A DNA stretch of 9,275 nucleotides from a virus (taxonomy: Duplodnaviria > Heunggongvirae > Uroviricota > Caudoviricetes). Position 1 is the first letter of the stretch. Every line of letters begins with the position of its first letter. Position numbers and translations under genes: made by a program. Positions 1-6,750 of this stretch are shown in pieces. The stretch lies in the IMG/VR virus record IMGVR_UViG_2671181100_000005; one strand, written 5' to 3'. The notes below the pieces were generated by a model that saw only the letters and a program-made list of their open reading frames with translations, did not search any database and had not been told where the DNA came from.

Positions 1-90
1 GGTCATGGCCTCCATAGTGATGGCGGGTCCTCCTTGTGGGGTGCCCTGCCACGGGGCGGGAGCATCGCGGAAAAAGGCTAGTTTTTGCAT
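1..90 (-). CDS. 5' end of an unidentified ORF running off the left edge
   Basis: Minus-strand frame is open from ATG at 90..88 (MQKLAFFRDAPAPWQGTPQGGPAITMEAMT...) to position 1. An alternative ATG at 15..13 is preceded by AAGGAGGA. No similarity to lambda gpA N-terminus by eye. Confidence 0.2.
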   Translation of the reverse strand, partial: MQKLAFFRDAPAPWQGTPQGGPAITMEAMT

Positions 91-251
91 TTTTATTCGT
101 CATCACCACCAATGCAATATATTGATATGACTTGATGTTTTATTTTTCGGTGTCGATTTCGATTGTTTTTTGTTCATCACTGACGCATAACGCCCACCAG
201 CGCAACGCTGAAAGCCAGTCAGTAAACTGGCTTCGGTCATTGTGCACTACG

Positions 252-794
252 TTACTTGTCTTTATCCGGCTGAAACTTATCAGGCACATTTCCGGTAGTT
301 TCCATCAGATAATCGGACAGCATTCGCGGGATGTTTTCATCAAGTTTTGTGCATGCGTTACAGGCTCTGACAACTTCTTTTTTCAGGCCATCCAGCATGG
401 CGGGGGTCATCTGTGGGAAGCTCCTTTGCATAGTAAGCGGCAGGCTGCCCATGATTGAAGAAATCTGACTCGCCAGTTTTGAAAGCGCATATATACAAAA
501 TTCCGTACTAATCACATCGCCGCGTTCGCGCTCGTTTTTAAGCTCCTGCGCCTCCGCCTGCGCTGTCAGCAATCTGATCCTGACTCGCAAAAGCTCATCA
601 TTATCAATCTCGCCTTTGTCGTCTGTAATCTGGTTAATTGCATTGCTAACCCGATTGTCTATTACGCTGGCAACATCATAAAACGCCTCGCGGCCTTTAC
701 GTTCAACGGGAGTCACTCCCCACTTGTCGAACGCTGTCGCACTTACACGGCAGCTTTGCGCCATGTTTTTTTTGTTCATCAGGTGCGATTTCAT
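252..794 (-). CDS. Terminase small subunit, lambda Nu1-like
   Basis: ORF-track protein matches my recollection of lambda Nu1 across the length, e.g. LLTAQAEAQELKNERERGDVISTEFCIYALSKLASQISSIMGSLPLTMQRSFP versus Nu1 LTRAQADAQELKNARDSAEVVETAFCTFVLSRIAGEIASILDGLPLSVQRRFP, and C-terminal LDENIPRMLSDYLMETTG versus LDELIPGLLSEYIEQSG. Start chosen at ATG 794..792 (GGGGA 6 nt upstream); ATG at 779 is an alternative. Lies directly downstream of the cos site, as in lambda. Confidence 0.85.
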   Translation of the reverse strand: MKSHLMNKKNMAQSCRVSATAFDKWGVTPVERKGREAFYDVASVIDNRVSNAINQITDDKGEIDNDELLRVRIRLLTAQAEAQELKNERERGDVISTEFCIYALSKLASQISSIMGSLPLTMQRSFPQMTPAMLDGLKKEVVRACNACTKLDENIPRMLSDYLMETTGNVPDKFQPDKDK

Positions 795-799
795 CAATA

Positions 800-990
800 T
801 CCCCACTTAAGTAATGTTTCAGGTTGGTGTATTGGCTTTATCTTTTCCTTTTTATTCATAGAGATAGAGCGAACAACAAAACCACCACCAGCACCCGAAA
901 AAGGCTCATAAATAGCGAAAACCCGCGAGGTCGCCGCCCCGTAGCCTACCGGATCGCCGGAAAGGACCCGCCAGCCAGAACGGGCCCTAA
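800..990 (-). other. Lambda-type cos site: cosN 12-nt cohesive end at 928..939 (complement), cosQ-like at about 945..985, divergent cosB-like at about 800..927
   Basis: Reverse complement of 907..940 reads GGGCGGCGACCTCGCGGGTTTTCGCTATTTATGA, identical to the first 34 nt of lambda as I remember them, then diverges. Reverse complement of 941..973 reads GGCGGGTCCTTTCCGGCGATCCGGTAGGCTACG, close to the lambda right end (GACGGGTCCTTTCCGGTGATCCGACAGGTTACG). Confidence 0.75.
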
Positions 991-995
991 TTTCA

Positions 996-1379
996 TCAAC
1001 CAATCAACTTATAGCGACCATCCCGTGCATTGCGACGTACACGCTCAATCTTGAGGCATAGCGCCGCATCTGGCTTTTTTGGGACAGGTACGCGGCAATA
1101 TTCAGAAGCTCGAGGAATATTGTTTATCCAGTCGATCACTTCACTTAAATACCAGGCCTTACGCCCTTCCGTAACCTGTACGCGTTCGGGGAACTCTCCG
1201 CGAGCCTCAAGGTTTAGCAATGTGCGACGGCTAAGGGTAGTAAGTTCCATCACCTGATTCATATCAACAAGGCGTTCACTTAAACGCATTTTGTCAGCAA
1301 TAGCCTTTAATTCCTCTACTGCTGGATCCGGATACATCATTTCGGCAATTGGCTTAAGGTCATTGTAATGATTCTGCAT
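996..1379 (-). CDS. AlpA-family HTH DNA-binding protein, second copy, with N- and C-terminal extensions
   Basis: Core MELTTLSRRTLLNLEARGEFPERVQVTEGRKAWYLSEVIDWINN resembles Phage_AlpA-type HTH proteins. ATG at 1379 is preceded by AAGGGGGA. Starts 11 nt after the D-like gene stop and ends next to cosQ. Confidence 0.7.
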   Translation of the reverse strand: MQNHYNDLKPIAEMMYPDPAVEELKAIADKMRLSERLVDMNQVMELTTLSRRTLLNLEARGEFPERVQVTEGRKAWYLSEVIDWINNIPRASEYCRVPVPKKPDAALCLKIERVRRNARDGRYKLIG

Positions 1380-1390
1380 TGTATCCCCCT

Positions 1391-1732
1391 TTACACACGA
1401 GCCAGCGGCTGAACAGAAATACCTGAGCCAACAAACGCGGCAACCTTTGCCGACAGTTCTTTTACAGACTCAGGCCAGTTCAGAGCATCAACATTTAAAA
1501 CACCTGTCTTATAAACCTGTGCCTGTGTTTTTTTCGCTGTGTCGATTTGTACAGCGGAAACATAAACCGCTTTGCCTGCGCTCGTTCCATCCCATACCAC
1601 TAGCGCACCAGTTGCATCTTCCTGCATCAGTGGCGTAAACGCAGGTATTACCCCTTTATTGGCTGAAAATATCCCCAGCGTAGTAACCAGTGCTTCAGTG
1701 CCAGACATGAGTTCAGTGTAATGAGTAGCCAT
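1391..1732 (-). CDS. Head decoration protein, lambda gpD-like
   Basis: PAFTPLMQEDATGALVVWDGTSAGKAVYVSAV and YKTGVLNVDALNWPESVKELSAKVAAFVGSGISV parallel lambda gpD [32 protein letters not shown] and [35 protein letters not shown] (from memory). 113 aa versus 110 aa for gpD. RBS GGGGGAG precedes the ATG. Confidence 0.85.
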   Translation of the reverse strand: MATHYTELMSGTEALVTTLGIFSANKGVIPAFTPLMQEDATGALVVWDGTSAGKAVYVSAVQIDTAKKTQAQVYKTGVLNVDALNWPESVKELSAKVAAFVGSGISVQPLARV

Positions 1733-1741
1733 TGCTCCCCC

Positions 1742-2788
1742 TTAGCCAATGCGAACGGTAACAAAACGATTGATGCGGGCCGGTATTGGCTGTGGTGCTG
1801 AATGTGTCTGCACATATTCAATAGCCGGATCACCAGGCACAATATAGTTTTTCGGTGCAAGTTCGGCTTTAGTCAGCCCCATCCGGATTAGCTCCGGATC
1901 CTGAATACCGCCATAAGCGACAATCCCCTGAAGAGCCGTATTGCCAAGCACCATCAAATCAGGATCAAGGAAATATTTTTCAGTTCCGTCCTCGTCGGTA
2001 TAACGCCCGCTGTAAACAACAATCGCAACATCGCCCATATACCCTTTAAAACTCACCGAATCACCAAGGTCTTTAAGGGCCGTTTCCAGTTCGGAATTAG
2101 AACCACGACGAGTATCCAGAGCCTCTTTTATCGCCCTGAATGAACGGTATTTCTTCCATACATTACCGCCCATAATGATAATATTAGTGACGCCCTCACT
2201 AAATTCTGCGTAGCTCTCAATATCATCATTTGGATCAAAAGCTTCTTTATCCTTACCTGACCACTCAGCACCGCCAGACTGAGTGATGATATTTTGTGGT
2301 TTAATATTCCAGTCCAGCTCATAACGTTCAATACCATCGCCCTCAATGATATTTTTCCCCGTTGTGATTGCCTGAACGGCAAGCCATTCAATACGTGCAC
2401 GAATAGCTTTAGCCTGATTTACAATCGCCTGTTTAACTTTAATATTACGCGCTCCAAAAGCATTGTATTGCTCAGGTGATACACCAGCAGGGCGCACAGC
2501 TAACTTATTTGGATCAATGCTGCTTTTCGGTTTCATATAGCCAGGGCGAATTGTTTTTGATTCGTATCCCTCATCTCGTGAAACTTTACTGCCCACCATA
2601 GGAGAGCAAAACGCCGCGATCGGGATATTTGGATCGTCGATCGTATCAAGAATAATGTCTCTCGATTCAAACATTACCGAGCGAGTGAAAAACAAACTGG
2701 TAAACAACGCATTTAATTTTTTTTGCACATCTTCAGCATTAGCCACCTGCACAAGCTGTGTAGGCGAATATAAGTCAACCATACTCAT
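1742..2788 (-). CDS. Major capsid protein, lambda gpE family
   Basis: Long collinear similarity to lambda gpE as I recall it: NIITQSGGAEWSGKDKEAFDPNDDIESYA, DTRRGSNSELETALKDLGDSVSFKGYMGDVAIVVYSG, MVLGNT, PGDPAIEY. Start set at the MSM motif (ATG 2788, or 2782 with AAAGAGG 6 nt upstream), like lambda E's MSM start. The longer track ORF (start 2869) is probably an upstream extension. Confidence 0.9.
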   Translation of the reverse strand: MSMVDLYSPTQLVQVANAEDVQKKLNALFTSLFFTRSVMFESRDIILDTIDDPNIPIAAFCSPMVGSKVSRDEGYESKTIRPGYMKPKSSIDPNKLAVRPAGVSPEQYNAFGARNIKVKQAIVNQAKAIRARIEWLAVQAITTGKNIIEGDGIERYELDWNIKPQNIITQSGGAEWSGKDKEAFDPNDDIESYAEFSEGVTNIIIMGGNVWKKYRSFRAIKEALDTRRGSNSELETALKDLGDSVSFKGYMGDVAIVVYSGRYTDEDGTEKYFLDPDLMVLGNTALQGIVAYGGIQDPELIRMGLTKAELAPKNYIVPGDPAIEYVQTHSAPQPIPARINRFVTVRIG

Positions 2789-2953
2789 CCTCTTTACATT
2801 CATTACAAATAATTGTGAATATATTCTATTACCGATGTCTGCTATGCGAATACATGCAACCAAGTGCAATGTTGTATAAAATATGCCGTGACAACTTCAG
2901 TGCTGATAATTCGTGTTAATGTATTTACTTCCTTTGGTCGGGATTTATGTAGC

Positions 2954-2993
2954 ATGCCGGAAAATCTATTTTTTTCCGGCATCTTTTTGTTTG
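2954..2993 (+). terminator. Perfect 11-bp inverted repeat stem-loop followed by a T-tract (candidate intrinsic terminator, plus-strand orientation)
   Basis: ATGCCGGAAAA (2954..2964), 7-nt loop, TTTTCCGGCAT (2972..2982), then CTTTTTGTTTG. Lies just downstream of the ssb stop on the opposite strand; on the minus strand the U-tract is absent, so the orientation and role are uncertain. Confidence 0.4.
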
Positions 2994-2999
2994 CAGAAT

Positions 3000-3422
3000 T
3001 TAAAACGGTATATTATCGCCGTACGGATCATCATTCCCCGACTGTTGTTTTGCCCTGTTCAGTGCGTCAGTGGCCTGCCCCTGCTGGCCTTTTTTGCCGC
3101 CCGGTCGCGCTGTTCGCGCACTGATCACGCTGTCTGCGATAACCTGCCAGCCCTGCCGCGTTTCGCCGTTCTGGCCTGTCCACTGGCTTACCTGCATGTT
3201 ACCCGCCACGCTCACCAGTTCGCCTTTGTGGTGTTTTGCCAGTGCGTCGGCCTGTCTGCCAAACGCCAGGACGGATAACCACATCATCGCCGTTCCGTCA
3301 TCTGCCTGGCTGCACGGAAGGGGGACCGCCATACTAGCCATCGCCATTTGTGTACCCTTGCTGGTGGTCTTTAACTGCGGATCAGCCACCAGCCGTCCGT
3401 AAGCCGCTATCTGTGCTGTCAT
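3000..3422 (-). CDS. ssb: Single-stranded DNA-binding protein (SSB)
   Basis: OB-fold-like N-terminal region (YGRLVADPQL..., WLSVLAFGRQADALAKHHKGELVSVAGNMQVSQWTGQNGETRQGWQVIADSV) parallels E. coli SSB. Gly/Gln-rich linker and acidic C-terminal tail ...DDPYGDNIPF match the SSB signature ...DDDIPF. Start ATG overlaps the upstream ORF stop (ATGA). Confidence 0.85.
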   Translation of the reverse strand: MTAQIAAYGRLVADPQLKTTSKGTQMAMASMAVPLPCSQADDGTAMMWLSVLAFGRQADALAKHHKGELVSVAGNMQVSQWTGQNGETRQGWQVIADSVISARTARPGGKKGQQGQATDALNRAKQQSGNDDPYGDNIPF

Positions 3423-3664
3423 GCTGTCTGCTCTCCGGTTTTAACGTTGATGGTTGTCACCTGTTCCGCTTCGGCAATCTCCCGTTCTGTCAGCGTGGCA
3501 AAGTTTGCAGCTGCCGTTGTCATGAATGCGCTAATCAGTTCGGGATGTGCTTTCGCATATCCTTCCCCGGCGTTGCGGTCGATGATTTTTATCGACACCC
3601 TTAACCAGTGTTCCGTCAAATCAAGGGCGTGCGATTGTGATTTTTTTATGTGCTTCGCTGTCAT
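3419..3664 (-). CDS. Hypothetical protein (81 aa), translationally coupled to ssb
   Basis: ORF stop overlaps the ssb start in an ATGA arrangement. RBS is weak (GAGA) and there is no recognisable motif. The competing plus-strand ORF in the same region looks non-protein-like. Confidence 0.4.
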   Translation of the reverse strand: MTAKHIKKSQSHALDLTEHWLRVSIKIIDRNAGEGYAKAHPELISAFMTTAAANFATLTEREIAEAEQVTTINVKTGEQTA

Positions 3665-3708
3665 AGGCTTTATCTCACAGCAGTAAATTAAAATTTTTGC
3701 GTTTTAAC

Positions 3709-3905
3709 CCTTCACCTGTTCACCTTTTGATATTTTATCTTTTAATTCATAATGTTAAGGGGTGAACAGTTTCACAAAAACTATTCACCAACTGTTCACC
3801 ACTGTTCACNNNNNNNNNNNNNNNNNNNNNNNNNNNNNNNNNNNNNNNNNNNNNNNNNNNNNNNNNNNNNNNNNNNNNNNNNNNNNGTGAACAGTGGTGA
3901 ACAGT
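3709..3905. repeat. Iteron array of octamer TGTTCACC / GGTGAACA (P4 ori/crr-type), candidate replication origin
   Basis: Exact octamers at 3717..3724 and 3793..3800 (TGTTCACC) and 3761..3768 and 3896..3903 (GGTGAACA). Gap-truncated copies at 3803..3809 and 3887..3893, plus degenerate copies (3709..3716, 3783..3789). Sits immediately downstream of the primase-helicase gene. Confidence 0.6.
3810..3886. other. Run of 77 N (unresolved or masked sequence) inside the iteron region
   Basis: Directly visible in the sequence. Flanked by a perfect 19-nt inverted repeat (3791..3809 ACTGTTCACCACTGTTCAC; 3887..3905 GTGAACAGTGGTGAACAGT). Confidence 0.95.
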
Positions 3906-3917
3906 TATTCCATAAGT

Positions 3918-5735
3918 TTAATTTTTGCTATCGTCATTAGTGACCGATACACATGATGGCATCCAGTCTTCTGATTCCTCCGTCAGTGTCACGTTTGAAC
4001 GCAAACCGTGCTTCGTTTTCCGTTTCATATACTCCCTGCCATATTCCGCCATTGCCCCCGGCATATCTTTACCGAAGCGCGTCAGTGTTACAGGTTTACC
4101 AAACCCATGTGCCTTCATATAAGCCAGATAGGCATGATAGAGATACCTGCGCGGGCTGAATGGCACAATTTCAGCATTACCCACTAACAGGCCATCACAC
4201 ATTACCGACGCCATGAGATAGCCGCAGAAGTCCACCAGCGAATCACCTTCACGCTTTATCGCGAGTGCTTCTTCTGATTTCTGCTGCTCATATAAAAGGC
4301 GTCTGGCTTCGTCCTGGTCAGCAAACCGTGTAAGCAGATGACGAATCACTACCGCCAGCTCACCTTCTATTTTTTCCGCCAGCATTGAATCGCGTTCGTT
4401 CTCCGGTACAACTTCCGAAAAATTGAATATCACCCGACGTCGCGAGATCCCCCCACTGCGGTCACTGAATGACATAGCGTTATTGTTAACCGCCAGCACT
4501 ACTGCCGGGATACGCGTTGAATATGGGGCTTTATGTTTTGGGTCGATTGCCACCTTGTCACCGCCTGTAATAGCCTTAATTCCCGCCCCATCACCAGCGT
4601 AGCGGGTCATATCCGGCATGATAATCAGCGAAAAGCCAACCACTAACGCGCGTTCCCTTGCATCTTCCAGCGCCTTCATGCTCGCTGATACTGTATTAGC
4701 CTTACCCGCCAGCATGGTGCAAATCTCCGCCATCACGCTTTTACCACTTCCCCCTGGACCTGTTACCTCAATGAATAACTGCCAGTCGTACCGGTTCGCC
4801 AGCACCATGAATAATGCAGCCAGTACGCGATCCGCCTTGCGGTCATTCTCAGCCACCGAACGGCGTAACCACTTCCAGAAATTCGGCGCATGTGTTGCCA
4901 GCGTTTCCCCCTCTGCTGGTGGGCTGAAAGGTAATTCACTGGCAATTAACAACCAGTCGTTTTTGTTATGCTCCCGAAAATTACCTGTTCTGGTATCAAA
5001 TACCCCGTTACTGAATCCAATCAGGTTACGGGCTGTATTCCCCATAACAGGCAAACTTAACTTCATGGTATCGACCGCCGATTTAATGGCGTTCTGCGAA
5101 TAGCTGATCTCCGCATCAATGAAAATCTGTGCCATAGCTCGCTGTAATTCTTTATCCTGTACTGGCTCCCATACAACGCCGTTGTAATGGTGAACAGTGT
5201 CAGAGTCAGCATGAATCGCCAGTTCACCGCCATAATGTGCCAGGAGAACTTCGCCGCGTTGACTTGCTCCCATCTGGTTAAGCGCCAGTGATGAAGCGTT
5301 ATCGTCTTTTACCCGCTCTTTTTTCTTTACAGGCAGTTCAACTACCTTTTTCTTTTCCGCCTGCTCTGCCCGTTCACGTTCCAGATATTCGCGCCAGTTC
5401 TCCCGTTTCTGGCTGTGCATTCCTTCAGGGTAATAATCAGCATCCCTGACACCTGCCGCTGCCAGTTTCTGCCCGATGGTATTAACAAGCCCCGGACGCA
5501 ATAACCCCGCCTGGTAGAGACGCACGCGATAGCGTCCGTCCGGTACGATTTGCAGGTTGTCCAGTTCGGCAAGTTGTTGCTCTCCAAGCCAGACAGGTGG
5601 CACGTTATCGCCAGCCAGTCGCCCGTCCTGTTCCTGCCACTGCTTCGCATGTGCCCACGCATCACTACCCGCAAAAATGATGACTTCCGTCATTTTGTCA
5701 CGCGGCTGGTGTTTTAAATTTGGCGCTTTTTTCAT
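3918..5735 (-). CDS. Replication protein: primase-like N-terminal region fused to an SF3 (D5 / P4 alpha-type) helicase
   Basis: Walker A motif VTGPGGSGKS with a downstream hydrophobic-acidic Walker B-like stretch. Size and position match a satellite pri/alpha gene, followed by its iterons. Start set at ATG 5735, which overlaps the upstream ORF stop (ATGA); the track ORF starts 15 nt further upstream at 5750. Confidence 0.88.
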   Translation of the reverse strand: MKKAPNLKHQPRDKMTEVIIFAGSDAWAHAKQWQEQDGRLAGDNVPPVWLGEQQLAELDNLQIVPDGRYRVRLYQAGLLRPGLVNTIGQKLAAAGVRDADYYPEGMHSQKRENWREYLERERAEQAEKKKVVELPVKKKERVKDDNASSLALNQMGASQRGEVLLAHYGGELAIHADSDTVHHYNGVVWEPVQDKELQRAMAQIFIDAEISYSQNAIKSAVDTMKLSLPVMGNTARNLIGFSNGVFDTRTGNFREHNKNDWLLIASELPFSPPAEGETLATHAPNFWKWLRRSVAENDRKADRVLAALFMVLANRYDWQLFIEVTGPGGSGKSVMAEICTMLAGKANTVSASMKALEDARERALVVGFSLIIMPDMTRYAGDGAGIKAITGGDKVAIDPKHKAPYSTRIPAVVLAVNNNAMSFSDRSGGISRRRVIFNFSEVVPENERDSMLAEKIEGELAVVIRHLLTRFADQDEARRLLYEQQKSEEALAIKREGDSLVDFCGYLMASVMCDGLLVGNAEIVPFSPRRYLYHAYLAYMKAHGFGKPVTLTRFGKDMPGAMAEYGREYMKRKTKHGLRSNVTLTEESEDWMPSCVSVTNDDSKN

Positions 5736-6031
5736 TTCTGCTCTCTCCACGCGGCAATCATGTTTTTCAGTTCCTGTAGTTTTTTATCCACATCCACACG
5801 TGACACATGGTTATTTCTGGAAGTCGGGATTTCCCGCCGGAATCTGCAAATAAAGATCTCCACGTTCAGCGAACTAAGAAATGAATAGCCATCACGGATA
5901 AAATACACACGGTCAAACATCAGTTCTTTTACCGTTACTCTATTACCGTTCTTATCCAGATAAATAGCGCCGGGGATAATTTGGGGGTGTGCATAACCGC
6001 TGGCAGTCAAGCCAGATAAATACGTTCTCAT
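5732..6031 (-). CDS. Hypothetical protein (99 aa), coupled to the primase gene
   Basis: Stop overlaps the primase start (ATGA). GGGGA lies about 9 nt upstream of its ATG. No recognisable motif. Confidence 0.55.
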   Translation of the reverse strand: MRTYLSGLTASGYAHPQIIPGAIYLDKNGNRVTVKELMFDRVYFIRDGYSFLSSLNVEIFICRFRREIPTSRNNHVSRVDVDKKLQELKNMIAAWREQK

Positions 6032-6037
6032 GATTAT

Positions 6038-6358
6038 TTATCCCCGATTTGAATCAGTATTCGCTTTCTTTATAGCATTTAATGCATCTGTGGCATTTTT
6101 AATGGTGCACCGTAACGAAATATCAAAATGTCCAAGCATTGCCAGTAACAAACCGATATTACCCATATCAATGCGCATGGCCTTTTCGTCATAGTCCTCA
6201 TTTTCTGACGCATGCCACATCAGGCTACCAATTGACGCAACAGCCATTGATATATTGTCAGTAGCCCCATCCGCAGCGGAATAAACCTTTTTAGCAATAT
6301 CATGCTCACAGTTAAAATGCGGATTAATCAGGTACTGGTAATTTGACATATCAGGCAT
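6038..6358 (-). CDS. Hypothetical protein (106 aa)
   Basis: ATG at 6358 overlaps the stop of the upstream 67-aa ORF (ATGCCTGA). RBS AGGGGG is present. Stop lies 6 nt before the next ORF. No recognisable motif. Confidence 0.55.
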   Translation of the reverse strand: MPDMSNYQYLINPHFNCEHDIAKKVYSAADGATDNISMAVASIGSLMWHASENEDYDEKAMRIDMGNIGLLLAMLGHFDISLRCTIKNATDALNAIKKANTDSNRG

Positions 6359-6554
6359 GGCACACCCCCTGACGAATACGGGCGGCGAATACCATCACGC
6401 AGCCAGCCGGGGATTGCTGGCGTGCTTCCTGTTCGCTGGTGGCCACGATGTGAATCACGCGCGGTTGTGCGGTGCTCAGGGCGATAAAACGCCAGATGTA
6501 TTTATTCAGGTTGTACGAGTCCCGCCCTTGCGGGTGTATGGTATGATTTCTCAT
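6351..6554 (-). CDS. Hypothetical protein (67 aa), first gene of the minus-strand operon leading into the primase
   Basis: This is the last 67 codons of the 348-aa track ORF, starting at ATG 6554 with GAGG 5 nt upstream. The upstream part of that ORF is low-complexity and antisense to a better plus-strand gene. Confidence 0.45.
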   Translation of the reverse strand: MRNHTIHPQGRDSYNLNKYIWRFIALSTAQPRVIHIVATSEQEARQQSPAGCVMVFAARIRQGVCHA

Positions 6555-6697
6555 AGCTGCCTCGATAATCTTGCTATCGTTGGTGGTTAGAAGCCCCGTT
6601 ACTGCTCCTACAGTGCGGGGTTTCGTCGTTTCTGCACCTTGCATTAACAAGGTGTAAGCAACTTTATTTATAGGTGGCTTACATGTCAATGCTTTTA

Positions 6698-6729
6698 TGT
6701 AAGACTTTTTATGTGTATATTGTCTTACA
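6698..6729. promoter_or_regulatory. 8-bp inverted repeat (TGTAAGAC ... GTCTTACA) in the divergent promoter region; candidate operator
   Basis: TGTAAGAC at 6698..6705 and GTCTTACA at 6722..6729, 16 bp apart, overlapping a TATATT -10-like hexamer (6716..6721) about 30 bp upstream of the 6751 start. Confidence 0.35.
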
Positions 6730-6750
6730 CTTTCATTGAGAGGATTACAG

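Noticed and set aside
132-458. 108-aa plus-strand ORF
   Set aside because: Lies antisense to the Nu1-like gene and 1..251 region, with a hydrophobic junk-like translation.
794-1054. ORFs 794..1003 (minus) and 824..1054 (plus) over the cos region
   Set aside because: They overlap sequence that is near-identical to the non-coding lambda cos, and have no RBS.
2864-3402. Plus-strand ORFs 2864..3124, 2913..3278 and 3070..3402
   Set aside because: Antisense to the well-supported ssb gene; Cys/Pro/Leu-rich translations typical of antisense frames.
3709-3905. Possible CRISPR array
   Set aside because: The repeats are 8-bp octamers in both orientations with irregular spacing. This is an iteron pattern, not 25-40 bp direct repeats with unique spacers.
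3752-3940. 62-aa plus-strand ORF containing a run of X residues
   Set aside because: An artefact of translating across the N-run, in the non-coding iteron region.
4618-5103. 161-aa plus-strand ORF (and 4763..4945 minus) inside the primase-helicase gene
   Set aside because: Nested in or antisense to a 605-aa gene with clear helicase motifs.
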